This document shows positions 18,599 through 28,369 of a stretch of 64,000 nucleotides of DNA, piece by piece. How positions within the stretch are numbered: the first letter of the stretch is position 1; every line of letters begins with the position of its first letter. Below the pieces are notes generated by a model. The model did not search any database, was not told the DNA's origin, and worked only from the letters and a program-made list of their open reading frames with translations. A program made the translations under genes and the position numbers. Origin of the DNA: Candidatus Hydrogenedentota bacterium (GTDB lineage Bacteria > Hydrogenedentota > Hydrogenedentia > Hydrogenedentales > JAEUWI01); the NCBI GenBank assembly GCA_034669905.1, contig JAXMOL010000001.1:233824-297823 (forward strand), written 5' to 3'.

Positions 18599-21500
18599 TC
18601 AGCTGCGGGTTATGGTTTCGTGGAGATTCAGTATCACCCGGGTCACGGAGGTCCAGGCCGCCACATCGGCCGGCTCCAGGGCCTCAGCTGCCGGGGCGAG
18701 GCCCGCGCGGGTCACCGCCGTGGCGGACGCCTCGTCTGCCGTATATTCCATCAGATGTTTTTGATAGAGGGCACGAAGTACTTCCAACTCCTGCGCATCG
18801 GGTTCACGAGACAAGGCATAGCGAAACGCCAGGGCAATACGGTCGTCGCTTCGCTCACCCGCTTCGACCATGATACGTTGGGCAAAGACCCGGGCCGTCT
18901 CCACATAGGTCGGATCATTGAGGAGCACGAGGGCCTGCAGGGGCGTGTTGGAGATGGTGCGTTCGGCCGTGCACTCTTCCCGGTTGGGCGCGTCGAAGGC
19001 GAGTAAACTCGGGTGTAGAAAAGAGCGCTTCCAGAAGGTATAGAGGCCCCGGCGGTATTGGTTTTCTCCCTTGTCGATGTCATAGGCCAATACCCCGCCA
19101 AAGGTGTTGCAGTTGGCATAATAGCCTTCCGGCTGATAGGGAAAAACGGAGCGGCCACCAATATGGGGCGCAAGTAGTCCGCTCATGGCCAGCGCTCCAT
19201 CGCGAATTAATTCCGCCTCGACCCGGTAGCGGGATTGGCGCGCATAGAGTCGATTGTAGGGATCTTTCGCCCGGAGCACGTCATTGCTTGCACTCGATTG
19301 ACGGTAGGTCTTCGAGGTGACCAGGACCCGCACCATGTGTTTCAAATCCCAGCCGCTACCCACGAATTCGGTGGCGAGCCAGTCAAGCAATTGGGGATGG
19401 GTGGGCCACTCCCCCTGGGCACCGAGATCGTCGAGCACCTTGGAAATCCCAACGCCATAGAACCGCTTCCACAGCCGGTTCATCGTGACCCGTGCCGTGA
19501 GCGGGTTGTCTTCCCGCACCAGCCAGTTCGCCAAATCGAGGCGGGTCGCACGGCGCTCAGAGACACCCAGCTCCGGCAAGACGCCGGGCGTGTCTGGCAA
19601 CACCACTTCGCCACTCTCGTCGAGCCAATTACCCCGCGGCAGGACGCGTACTACGCGTGGCTCGGGAAGGGATTTGGCAATCAGTGTGGTCGCCATACCG
19701 GCTTTCAGGGCATCGAGCTCGGCCTGCCTGGAATCCCGGGCCACCCGTTCAGACTGCAAATGAGGGGTAATCCCTCGAAAATAGTCCCCCAGGGCCTTCG
19801 CCTGCTCCGGGCTGCGCTCCGCCCGGGCCACGGCCAGGGTACTGCGAATCGCTTCTGGTAGGACCGGCCAGGGGGTGACCTCCGTCCCATCGCTGGTATA
19901 CCGAAGTCGAAAACAATCGCTCTGGTGGAACTTGTGGCCGGATTCGAAATGGAGCTTGACCTCAAGCATGCCGCCCGGCGCTGTCGACAGCGCCTCACGA
20001 AGCGCGAATACCGCCAGGTGGTCTTCTTTCTTGAGGTGACCGTCCACCGCCCAGCCGCGGTTTTTGTCTTCGTTAAGCGCATCGCTCACGGGGAAACGAT
20101 CCTGCGCGTAGTCTGCCAACGCATAGGCCAGGGCAAGGGGCTGGGCTTCCTGCCCATCGGGGGCACGATACGCCACCGCAAACTGGGTCAGCACAAAATT
20201 ACTGCCGCCCCGGGAAAGCCCATTGAGATCGGGGTGATTAAACACTTCGAGCATGAGGGATTGTATCGTCGCCCCGTCGGTGGGTAGCTGCAGGGCATAG
20301 ACATCCCGCGCCTGGGCCTTGCCTTCCGCCAGGATGCGCCCATCTTCCAGCACGCGAAAGGTAGTTCCGCCATTGGCCTTTGTTTCGGTCGGCGTCATCA
20401 CCTGCCAGCCTGTTGCTTCAAGCCCCTGTTTGCTCAAAGCGGTCTGAGACTCCCAGGCAGACTGGGCGACTTCCAGGGCCGGTGTCGTTTGGGAAAGCGT
20501 GGTGTCGAGCCCCGCGATGGCTGCCGTGAGCGCCGCCTCCCGTTCCGACTCCTCGGGTGTCGGCAGGTACATGAAGGGCGCCCACTTGGCGCCGGAGCGG
20601 TACACGCCATCTTCTTCGATGTCGGCAAAGAAAGCGGAAAACGCATAAAAGTCTTTGGTGCTGATGGGATCAAACTTGTGATCATGGCATTCGGCACAGC
20701 CCATGGTCGCCCCGAGCCAGACGGCCGTGGTGGTCCGCACCCGGTCTGCCGCGTACTTGGCGATATACTCTTTGGCCTGGGCACCGCCCTCGGCCGTGAT
20801 CTGATTCAACCGGTTGTAACCCGAGGCAATGAGTTGCTCCCGCGTGGGGTCGGGCAGCAGGTCGCCCGCCAATTGTTCGCGGGTGAACTGGTCGAAGGGC
20901 ATGTTGGTGTTGAAGGCGTTGATCACGTAATCGCGGTAGGCCGAGATGCTGCGAAACTCATCGCTGTGGTAGCCATTGGAGTCGGCATAGCGCACCACAT
21001 CGAGCCATTCCATCGCCATGCGCTCCCCGTAGTGGGGCGATTGAAGCAGGCCATCTACCAGGCGCTCATAGGCATCGGGCGCGGCGTCATTGACATAGGC
21101 CTCCACGGCTTCCGGTGTCGGAGGCACACCGAGCAGATCCCAATAGAGGCGACGAATCACCGTACGTCGGTCGGCTTCCGGCATGGGGGTCAGACCCTGC
21201 CGCGACAGTTTGCGACCAACGAACGTATCGATGGGGTTCTGATCCGGCTCCAGGGCAGAGCGAGGGTCAACCGGCGGAAGATAGGCCCAGTGGGGTTCAT
21301 AGGAAGCACCCTGGGCTATCCAGCGACGCAAGACCGCTTTCTCATCGTCCGTGAGTTGCTTCTTCTGGTCCACCGGCGGCATCTGGTCGTCTGGGTCCAC
21401 CGCAAAAATCCGATGGATCAACTCGCTGGCGTCAGGATCCCCCGCGACGATGGCCGCTACCGTTTCGCCCTCGGGCGGTGGAATATCGAGGCGCAGATCG

Positions 21501-21673
21501 CCTTTGCGTGTGTTGGCGTCCGGCCCGTGACAGGCGTAGCATTTATCTGAAAGAATGGGGCGCACGTCGCGGTTAAAACCTACCGCGTCCGACGTATGGT
21601 CTTCTCCGGCTCCAGCGACACCGGGCAGAAGGACCGCCAATCCGGCCCCCAGAACAAGTCGTTGCCAATTCAT
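18599..21673 (-). CDS. Planctomycete cytochrome c / DUF1549 / DUF1553 protein
   Basis: FNRDVRPILSDKCYACHGPD, HYGERMAMEWLDVVRYADS, CAECHDHKFDP, NPLTARVTMNRLW, NTPLQALVLLND. Confidence 0.93.
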   Translation of the reverse strand: MNWQRLVLGAGLAVLLPGVAGAGEDHTSDAVGFNRDVRPILSDKCYACHGPDANTRKGDLRLDIPPPEGETVAAIVAGDPDASELIHRIFAVDPDDQMPPVDQKKQLTDDEKAVLRRWIAQGASYEPHWAYLPPVDPRSALEPDQNPIDTFVGRKLSRQGLTPMPEADRRTVIRRLYWDLLGVPPTPEAVEAYVNDAAPDAYERLVDGLLQSPHYGERMAMEWLDVVRYADSNGYHSDEFRSISAYRDYVINAFNTNMPFDQFTREQLAGDLLPDPTREQLIASGYNRLNQITAEGGAQAKEYIAKYAADRVRTTTAVWLGATMGCAECHDHKFDPISTKDFYAFSAFFADIEEDGVYRSGAKWAPFMYLPTPEESEREAALTAAIAGLDTTLSQTTPALEVAQSAWESQTALSKQGLEATGWQVMTPTETKANGGTTFRVLEDGRILAEGKAQARDVYALQLPTDGATIQSLMLEVFNHPDLNGLSRGGSNFVLTQFAVAYRAPDGQEAQPLALAYALADYAQDRFPVSDALNEDKNRGWAVDGHLKKEDHLAVFALREALSTAPGGMLEVKLHFESGHKFHQSDCFRLRYTSDGTEVTPWPVLPEAIRSTLAVARAERSPEQAKALGDYFRGITPHLQSERVARDSRQAELDALKAGMATTLIAKSLPEPRVVRVLPRGNWLDESGEVVLPDTPGVLPELGVSERRATRLDLANWLVREDNPLTARVTMNRLWKRFYGVGISKVLDDLGAQGEWPTHPQLLDWLATEFVGSGWDLKHMVRVLVTSKTYRQSSASNDVLRAKDPYNRLYARQSRYRVEAELIRDGALAMSGLLAPHIGGRSVFPYQPEGYYANCNTFGGVLAYDIDKGENQYRRGLYTFWKRSFLHPSLLAFDAPNREECTAERTISNTPLQALVLLNDPTYVETARVFAQRIMVEAGERSDDRIALAFRYALSREPDAQELEVLRALYQKHLMEYTADEASATAVTRAGLAPAAEALEPADVAAWTSVTRVILNLHETITRS

Positions 21674-21714
21674 GCTACTACGCTCCGCTTATGGTCACTC
21701 CGGGCTCAAGACAC

Positions 21715-21754
21715 AAAAAAGGGTGCTGCCGACCCCTATGTGGCGGCAGCACCC
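21715..21754 (-). terminator. Intrinsic terminator after the cytochrome/LRR gene
   Basis: gggtgctgccg...cggcagcaccc stem with A6 on the left (U-tract on minus). Confidence 0.75.
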
Positions 21755-21767
21755 ATTATACCCTTAA

Positions 21768-23798
21768 TCAGGCGGTACCGGGATTGCACTTTTTGCAAAC
21801 GGCGGCCAATTTCTGTGCTTCCACACAGCAGGGGTGATCACAGTCTTTACCGTCGGCCTGGGCCTTGGCACAGCAGCTGCCCTCATCAAAGGTCAAGGCT
21901 ACTTTCGCCGGGGCACCCGCTTTGGGGTTGCACTTGGCGCAAACCTTGCCCGCCGCCTTGGCTTCCACACAGCAGGGGTGGTCACAGTCTTTGCCTTCGG
22001 CTTGCGCCTTGGCGCAGCAGCTGCCTTCGTCGAAGCTCAGCTTCGGTGCGCCTGCTTTGGGGTTGCACTTGGCGCAGACGTTACCGGCTGCCTTGGCTTC
22101 CACACAGCAGGGGTGGTCACAATCTTTGCCTTCGGCCTTGGCCTTGGCACAACAGCTGCCTTCATCGAAAGCCAACTCCTTGGGTGCCGGTTCCGCAGCG
22201 CCCTTGGGATTACACTTGGCGCACGCTTTTTTCGCCGCCCAGGCTTCTTTGCAGCAATCGTGGTCGCACATCTTGCCCCCAGCAAAGGCCTTGGCACAGC
22301 AGCTGTCCGCGTCGAACCTGGCCACAATAGCCAGGAGCTCTTCCGCCCCGGCATTGCACTTGGTGCAAACCGTGTTGGCCTTGCGCGCTTCTTCGCAGCA
22401 GGGATGATCACAAACCTTGTTCTCAGCGGCCGCCTTGGCGCAGCAGCTGTCGGCCGTGAAAAGCTCCTTGGGCATGATCTTCGCCATTTCCGTCGTCGGA
22501 ACGGCTGCCGGGTCCAGGCCCTTGTCGACCTTCAACGCGGGCAGCGCCGCCTGAAGGGCCGCGATACCGGCATCGGTCACGTCGGTCTGCCACAGGAAGA
22601 GCTTCTTGAGCCGCTTAAGGCCCTTCAGATGTTCAAGGCCCCCATCGGTCACCTTGGTCCCGTAAAGGTTCAGGTACTCCAGGTGCTGAAGACCCGCAAG
22701 ATGGACCAGGGCCGCATCAGTGATGTCGGTCCGCTCCAGGTGCAGGCGCGTCAGCTTCGCGAGCCCGGCCACCGAGGCCAGGCCCCCGTCGGTAATCTTC
22801 GTATTCGCCAGGTTGAGCCAGGTCAGCTGGGCGGCCAGGGGCGGCAGGGTCGCCAGTTCGGCGTCGGTCACCTTGTCGCCGATGAGATGAAAGTCCACCC
22901 GTACGAGAGGGGTCTTCATATCCAGGGGCATGGCCAGGGCACCGAGATCGGTGATGGCGGCCAGGGCTTCCGGTGCGGCCGGCGCCGTGTCTTTCGCCAG
23001 CACTTCCAGGATGTTGGGCTCTGCGCCCTTCGCATCGCCCGCGGCACCCATCGAAGCGGCGGCCGTTTCCGCCGTCCAATCTCCAAAGTCGGCTCCCGCC
23101 AGAATCCAGGCGTGGATCGCCTTCGTCTGTTCTTCCGTAAGGGGATCACCCTTGGCGGGCATGATATCCACGTCATCGGCGGGCAATACGGTCAGCTTAT
23201 ATAAGGAACTTTCTTCGGGCTTACCGGCCACAATGATGGGGCCATTTTCGCCCCCCTTGAGAATGGCTTCGGGCGAATCCAGGCGAAGTTCGCCTTTCTG
23301 TTTTTCGGGTCCGTGGCAGGAAATGCACCGCTCCTGCAGGACGGGCCAGAGGGTGGTGGCGAAGGTACCCGTTGCCGCGCCGGCCGGTGCGGGTGCCGCA
23401 TCAAACTTGGCGCCTTCCGTAATCCATTTGTGAATCGTTGCTTTCTGCGCATCGGTCAGGGGGTCCCCCTTGGCCGGCATGATATCCACGTCATCGGCCG
23501 GCAGGGCGACCAACTTGTAGAGGGAGCTTTCTTCGGCCTTCCCCGCGACCACGACGGCACCGTTTTCGCCGCCCTTTAGAATCGCTTCCTGGGAATCAAG
23601 CCGCAGCTCGCCTTTTTGCTTTTCCGCCCCGTGGCAGCTGAAGCAACGCTCCTGCAAGATGGGGTGCACGTCTTTCGAAAAGCTCGTCTCCTCCGCCTGT
23701 GCAGTCATTCCCGAGAGGGCCCCTCCCAAAAGGAGCGCTCCCATCAAGCTTCCGCGTATCGTCGCGCCGATACGTTCTTTTCCAGTAATGCCAGTCAT
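21768..23798 (-). CDS. Secreted protein: two planctomycete cytochrome c domains + leucine-rich repeats + five Cys-rich repeats
   Basis: Signal peptide; CFSCH and CISCH haem motifs in duplicated domains; LxxLxL/TDxGL LRRs; five C-terminal CC-x9-CxHxCC-x9-CxxC units. Start 23798 follows GGAGCAGGA. Confidence 0.88.
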   Translation of the reverse strand: MTGITGKERIGATIRGSLMGALLLGGALSGMTAQAEETSFSKDVHPILQERCFSCHGAEKQKGELRLDSQEAILKGGENGAVVVAGKAEESSLYKLVALPADDVDIMPAKGDPLTDAQKATIHKWITEGAKFDAAPAPAGAATGTFATTLWPVLQERCISCHGPEKQKGELRLDSPEAILKGGENGPIIVAGKPEESSLYKLTVLPADDVDIMPAKGDPLTEEQTKAIHAWILAGADFGDWTAETAAASMGAAGDAKGAEPNILEVLAKDTAPAAPEALAAITDLGALAMPLDMKTPLVRVDFHLIGDKVTDAELATLPPLAAQLTWLNLANTKITDGGLASVAGLAKLTRLHLERTDITDAALVHLAGLQHLEYLNLYGTKVTDGGLEHLKGLKRLKKLFLWQTDVTDAGIAALQAALPALKVDKGLDPAAVPTTEMAKIMPKELFTADSCCAKAAAENKVCDHPCCEEARKANTVCTKCNAGAEELLAIVARFDADSCCAKAFAGGKMCDHDCCKEAWAAKKACAKCNPKGAAEPAPKELAFDEGSCCAKAKAEGKDCDHPCCVEAKAAGNVCAKCNPKAGAPKLSFDEGSCCAKAQAEGKDCDHPCCVEAKAAGKVCAKCNPKAGAPAKVALTFDEGSCCAKAQADGKDCDHPCCVEAQKLAAVCKKCNPGTA

Positions 23799-23998
23799 TA
23801 TCCTGCTCCAATCTGCACCGTATGACTCGATTTCGAACCGTCGAAACACACCGTCAACACGGGCTCGCTCGCCATTTATTTATACGCAACACCAAACTCA
23901 GTTCTGTGCGCGCCCCCGTCGGGCATGGATTTCACCCTACCCGAACTATCGATAGTAACGCGCATAATTATCGATTTGCAACACCCCGATTCCGGGAC

Positions 23999-25252
23999 TC
24001 AGGACCCCGTCCAACCCACCAGCGGATGGCTCCGGTTTTCCAGCGGGAAGTGGACCCGTTTGCCTGCCACGTAGGCCGCATACACGGCCTGGATCATTTC
24101 CTGCGCGGCCCGACTATCCTGAATCGAGGTGGTCGGCTCCCGTTCTTCCTCAATCGCGCTGACCAGATCGGCCACGATGGGCGCGTGCCGCTCCCGGGAT
24201 TCATCGGTGATGTTCACTTCCGGCGCACCGGGCAGGGGCTTCCACGCGCTCACCGGCGCTCCCTCCCGATCGCTCCGAACGGCCCAACCCGAATCTTCGA
24301 GCCAGCGCACTTCCGGCACGATGGAGTTCATAAGTTCTTCCCGGGTCATCTTGACCACGGGCTTACGCGCCCCGGGATTCAGCCGGATGGAGATAACGCC
24401 GGTGGTTCCCATGATGTCAATGCCCCAGCGCCCGCCATTGGATTCCCGGGTTCGCATGGAACTGAAATACCCCGGGATCCCATTATCGAATCCAAAGGTC
24501 GCATGAATCCGGTTGCCCAATACCGGCCCCAGGGGCTCGGTGCCTTCGCGTACGTGTTCGGGCAGGGCCGTTTTCCCGTTGTGGGTAATGTCTGATTGGC
24601 ACCAGAGGGGATCGCCCATAAAGTAGCGCATGAGATCGAAGAGGTGGGTACCCAGTACAATCAGGTCTTCGCCGCCGGCACGGTGATCTTCTTTACCCCG
24701 ACTGCGCACTTCCACCACCGTCCCGATGATCTTTTCATCGTTAATCATTTTCTTGACGTGACGAATGGTTTCCGTCATGCGAAAGTTGTAGGCGATGGCC
24801 CAGCGCAGGTCTTTGGCTTCCACCGCGTCAATCATGGCATCGGCCTCGGTCAGGTCGGAGCAGAGGGGCTTTTCAAGAAAGCCATGGGCCCCCGCCGCCG
24901 CACAGGCTTCCACGTATTCCTTGTGATTGATGGTCCACCGGGGTCCCACCGCAACGATGTCGGGTTTCTCCTTCGCCAGCATCTCCTTGTAATCCGCATA
25001 GGTATTTTCGGCCTTGGCTTCGGCCCCATGCTTGGCCCGACCTTCTTCGTCCGGGTCGGCCAGGCCCACCACCTTAATCCGGTCATGCATATCAAAGGCC
25101 AGGTGCATGTGGTGCCCATACCCCCCCTGTTTGCTGTCGCCAATGATGCAGGCCCGGTATATTTTGTCGCCTTGCGCACGGGCGGGAAGGGCCAGCCCGG
25201 CGGCCGTGAGGGCTGCTCCGGCAAGGAAGGTTCTACGATTGAACTCGGTCAT
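23999..25252 (-). CDS. Tat-exported Gfo/Idh/MocA oxidoreductase
   Basis: MTEFNRRTFL Tat signal; LEKP; LGTHLFDL. Start reassigned from 25915. Confidence 0.9.
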   Translation of the reverse strand: MTEFNRRTFLAGAALTAAGLALPARAQGDKIYRACIIGDSKQGGYGHHMHLAFDMHDRIKVVGLADPDEEGRAKHGAEAKAENTYADYKEMLAKEKPDIVAVGPRWTINHKEYVEACAAAGAHGFLEKPLCSDLTEADAMIDAVEAKDLRWAIAYNFRMTETIRHVKKMINDEKIIGTVVEVRSRGKEDHRAGGEDLIVLGTHLFDLMRYFMGDPLWCQSDITHNGKTALPEHVREGTEPLGPVLGNRIHATFGFDNGIPGYFSSMRTRESNGGRWGIDIMGTTGVISIRLNPGARKPVVKMTREELMNSIVPEVRWLEDSGWAVRSDREGAPVSAWKPLPGAPEVNITDESRERHAPIVADLVSAIEEEREPTTSIQDSRAAQEMIQAVYAAYVAGKRVHFPLENRSHPLVGWTGS

Positions 25253-25483
25253 GCTGTATTCTCCTGAAATGCTGCCAACGATGTAAGCACACCCGTATGC
25301 GGTTCCTGCTGGGGAAGCCTGTCCACAACGCAGCAGCGCACCGGGGGCCGATTTTGATATAGTGCATGGGTACCCTGCCCCACGAGGACACGCCCTGACC
25401 CCCGGGGTACGTCGACCGTCGTGGGACGGCATCCCTAGAGTATTCAGTAATTTACGCCCAATATCAAGGAGACCACCCACCCC

Positions 25484-25867
25484 ATGGAAGGCCTTCCCGA
25501 CGGCACCGCCGTTATTGTGATTGACCATGGCTCCAAACGGGACGCCGCGAACACCATGCTCTTCGATATGATTGCCCAATACCGCGCGGTAACCGGGGCG
25601 GCCATCGTGGAAGGCGCCCACATGGAACTGGCCAACCCCACCTTGGAAGAGGCGGTTCATGCCTGCCTCCGGCAAGGAGCACAACGCATCGTGGTCCACC
25701 CCTACTTCCTGGCGCCCGGGCGACACAGCACGGGGGATATCCCCGCGATGGTCCGCGAAGTGGCGTCCGCCCACCCCGACATCCCCTTTCACGTGACGAA
25801 ACCGCTGGGTATCGCCCCCCAACTGGCAGAAGTGATGCAGCTGCGCATCCTGGAAGCCCTGGACTGA
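25484..25867 (+). CDS. cbiX: Small CbiX/SirB-type chelatase domain protein
   Basis: IDHGSKR, AHMELANP, HPYFLAPGRHS..DIP. Confidence 0.85.
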   Translation: MEGLPDGTAVIVIDHGSKRDAANTMLFDMIAQYRAVTGAAIVEGAHMELANPTLEEAVHACLRQGAQRIVVHPYFLAPGRHSTGDIPAMVREVASAHPDIPFHVTKPLGIAPQLAEVMQLRILEALD

Positions 25868-25996
25868 ATCGGTCGTTGTATTTTTGCGGGACCGGCCTGA
25901 ATATGCTACAACCATGAAAAAGACGTTGTCTTGCCCGCCTTGCGGCAGGTACCGTGTTTTCTGAGTTAACTGTGTTTCATTTGGAGAGGTGGCGCT

Positions 25997-26653
25997 GTGC
26001 CGGAAACGAGCAACCCGATTTCGATTGGGAATACCGCATTTCTAAACATGATGGACGAACGGTACCTCGTCGAGATTCGCGGAGCGGAAAGCAACCGCAT
26101 CTGGGTCTCCTTCCCCGGGGAGTGCTATCCCCTCAGCGGCATGGGCGGGCGGCTGGAATTTCACCAGCCCACAGGTTTCTGCGCCTACAATGTGCAGGTG
26201 CTCAGTTACGCCGAAGGGAACAAGACCGGCCTTATCCTGGAACGGAGCGAGAGTGCCGATCAGCGCACCCACCGCACCACCTGGCGTGTACCCACCAGCA
26301 TCAGTGCTGCCGTAAACCTCGAAGGCAGTGACCACCGCTTTTCGGCCGTCCTCGAAAATATCAGTGCGGAAGGTGCCCTGCTACGGGCCCATCCCGTAAT
26401 GACAATCCGGACTACCATTCGCCTGGCCTTCGCCCTGGATCAGGAGCACGGCAATCAACTTGTGGAGGCAAGGGTCTGCTACGCCCAGGAAGCCGACGCC
26501 ATGGCCAATCCGCCCATCCAACAATACGGCGTGCGTTTTACCAATATGTCCCCCGAGACCAAGCGCTTGCTCACCCTCTTCCTCTACCACCACGTCCGTC
26601 GGCTCTATCCCGGGGATGTGGCCGCCATGTATCCCCGGACCCGCCGTCGGTAG
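25997..26653 (+). CDS. PilZ-domain protein (putative c-di-GMP effector)
   Basis: RTTWR (RxxxR) and NISAEG (D/NxSxxG) motifs; YGVRF. Confidence 0.8.
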   Translation: MPETSNPISIGNTAFLNMMDERYLVEIRGAESNRIWVSFPGECYPLSGMGGRLEFHQPTGFCAYNVQVLSYAEGNKTGLILERSESADQRTHRTTWRVPTSISAAVNLEGSDHRFSAVLENISAEGALLRAHPVMTIRTTIRLAFALDQEHGNQLVEARVCYAQEADAMANPPIQQYGVRFTNMSPETKRLLTLFLYHHVRRLYPGDVAAMYPRTRRR

Positions 26654-26730
26654 GTGGACCGAAAGCACGGCCGTGTCGGTGATACGGTCGCATCCATGGT
26701 ACAATTCGGGGGCAAAGGAGCTTCAGAATC

Positions 26731-27471
26731 ATGCGTTGGATATTTCTCATTTTCCTCACCGTCAGCCTCAGCGGATGCCTGGCCGATGTGCTCGTCACCA
26801 CGGCCACCCAGGGCAAATTACAGGCCGAGCAGGCCACCGCCGCCCAAAAGACCCTCGAACGCGTCAAGGATGATACGGGATTGATGAATCTGCAGCGGGC
26901 CGTGGACACCTACCGTGCCGACACGGGCCACTATCCCGAGTCCCTCGACGTGCTGGGCTTCAACCCCATCCCCAAACGGGGCGATGGCGGCAATTTCGGA
27001 TACAACCCCGTGACGGGCGAAGTGCTGGAGAGCGATGCCGGGCCGACGGCCGCCGACTATCTCCTCATGGAACAGATTGGTGCCGCCATCAATGCCTATG
27101 GCACAGCGGCAGGTTACTACCCGCCGACCCTCGACACCCTGACGGAAGCGGGTTATCTTTCCGTATTGCCACGGACCGAGTTTGGCCAGGAGTTTGCCTA
27201 CAACAATCAGAATGGCGTGTTTACCCACCCCCTGGAAGGCTCCGTCAACGCGGCACGGCAGGCACCCCCGCAAAACCGGGGTGGTGCAGTCGCAGGCGGT
27301 GGCGGCCCCCTCGGCGAAGCCATGACCGGCATCGCCATCCAGGAAGAACTCAACCGAAACAGCAACGCCGGCGCAAGCCGTGCCCGGGGCACCGGTGCCA
27401 GCGGCATCAATCGGGCCACCAACACCCAGAACGACCGCCAGCAGAAAGCCCTCGAAGACCTGGGATTTTAG
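26731..27471 (+). CDS. Lipoprotein with two GspG/pilin-like repeats
   Basis: LSGC lipobox; repeated AVDTYRADTGHYPESL / AINAYGTAAGYYPPTL...F.YN segments. Confidence 0.7.
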   Translation: MRWIFLIFLTVSLSGCLADVLVTTATQGKLQAEQATAAQKTLERVKDDTGLMNLQRAVDTYRADTGHYPESLDVLGFNPIPKRGDGGNFGYNPVTGEVLESDAGPTAADYLLMEQIGAAINAYGTAAGYYPPTLDTLTEAGYLSVLPRTEFGQEFAYNNQNGVFTHPLEGSVNAARQAPPQNRGGAVAGGGGPLGEAMTGIAIQEELNRNSNAGASRARGTGASGINRATNTQNDRQQKALEDLGF

Positions 27472-27623
27472 GGGGTTGGTCTAAGCAGACGGGTCATGAT
27501 GAATCGCGCGGAAGTGCCTCGGACAGGTCTCCGACGTGCCGTGGCATGGAGCCCGCGCCCCTCTCATCTCCTGGTTTTTCCCCATCCCAATGGCCGCCCG
27601 AAAAGTGCAATGCCCACGCCTTA

Positions 27624-27670
27624 CTCAATGACGGTGACACGAGACATGGGGTCTCCGGTCCGTCATTGAG
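27624..27670 (+). promoter_or_regulatory. Hairpin overlapping the RBS of the 27683 gene
   Basis: Perfect 11-bp arms ctcaatgacgg/ccgtcattgag plus inner gagac/gtctc; the right arm overlaps GAGGAG (27668-27673). Confidence 0.55.
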
Positions 27671-27682
27671 GAGCACGATACC

Positions 27683-28363
27683 ATGCCGGTTTCTATGGGC
27701 CCCGCCCCCCGTTATCTGGAAGAATTACGCCTCGGTGGAGGCTACGACAGCCAACCCGATGGCGGCTGCGACTTTGACCACGCTGGAAATATTCAAGGCA
27801 ACGGCAGCCTGGAGATGGACGGCAGCGGTAGCTTTGGCGGCGATGTGGCCGTCGGCGGCGACTTTGAAGTGGACGGCGTGGACACCACGTGGAGCGTTTA
27901 CCTACCCGCGACGCTGGGCATCCCCGACCCCTCCCTTCCCTGCGGCACTATGACCGTGACCAATTGGCGGAACTACCAGGTCGTCACCCCCAGTCTCGCC
28001 TTCGACCCCACCAACCCCGAAGCCGCGTTTTTTCAATGTCGCCTCCCCGAAAACTACGACGGACGCCCCTTAAAATTCACCCTCCAATGGAGCGCCACCA
28101 CCGGCACCAGTGGTGACGTGCGGTGGGGGGTATTGCCCATTGCATTCACCGATGGTAGCTCGCTCACAAACGTGGGGGGCACGACCTATACCATAGACAG
28201 TTTCAATACGGCGAGCCATCTCCACACATGTGTAATAGAAGCGATGCCTACCTCGCCGACTGAATTGGCCATGATGACGGTCAGAGTGGTGAGGTTAAGT
28301 AATGATGTGTCGGACACGTTCGGAACCGACGCACTCTTGTTAGGAGTCGGAGTTTCCATCTAG
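27683..28363 (+). CDS. Hypothetical protein with a phage structural/tail-fibre-like beta domain
   Basis: Gly-rich GNGSLEMDGSGSFGGDVAVGGD shaft-like segment; LPENYDG..W...GDVRWG...DTFGTDALLLG recalls phage fibre-associated domains (from memory). Confidence 0.5.
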   Translation: MPVSMGPAPRYLEELRLGGGYDSQPDGGCDFDHAGNIQGNGSLEMDGSGSFGGDVAVGGDFEVDGVDTTWSVYLPATLGIPDPSLPCGTMTVTNWRNYQVVTPSLAFDPTNPEAAFFQCRLPENYDGRPLKFTLQWSATTGTSGDVRWGVLPIAFTDGSSLTNVGGTTYTIDSFNTASHLHTCVIEAMPTSPTELAMMTVRVVRLSNDVSDTFGTDALLLGVGVSI

Positions 28364-28369
28364 ATCGCG

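Noticed and set aside
21771..22460. Cys-rich repeats as a multihaem cytochrome
   Set aside because: Motifs are CxxCN and CxHxCC, not CxxCH.
27543..27645. Sigma54-like TGGCATGGAGCCCGC and an acacgagac 9-mer shared with the peptide cassette enhancer
   Set aside because: Poor -12 element, and the 9-mer lies downstream of it; one such match is expected by chance in 64 kb.
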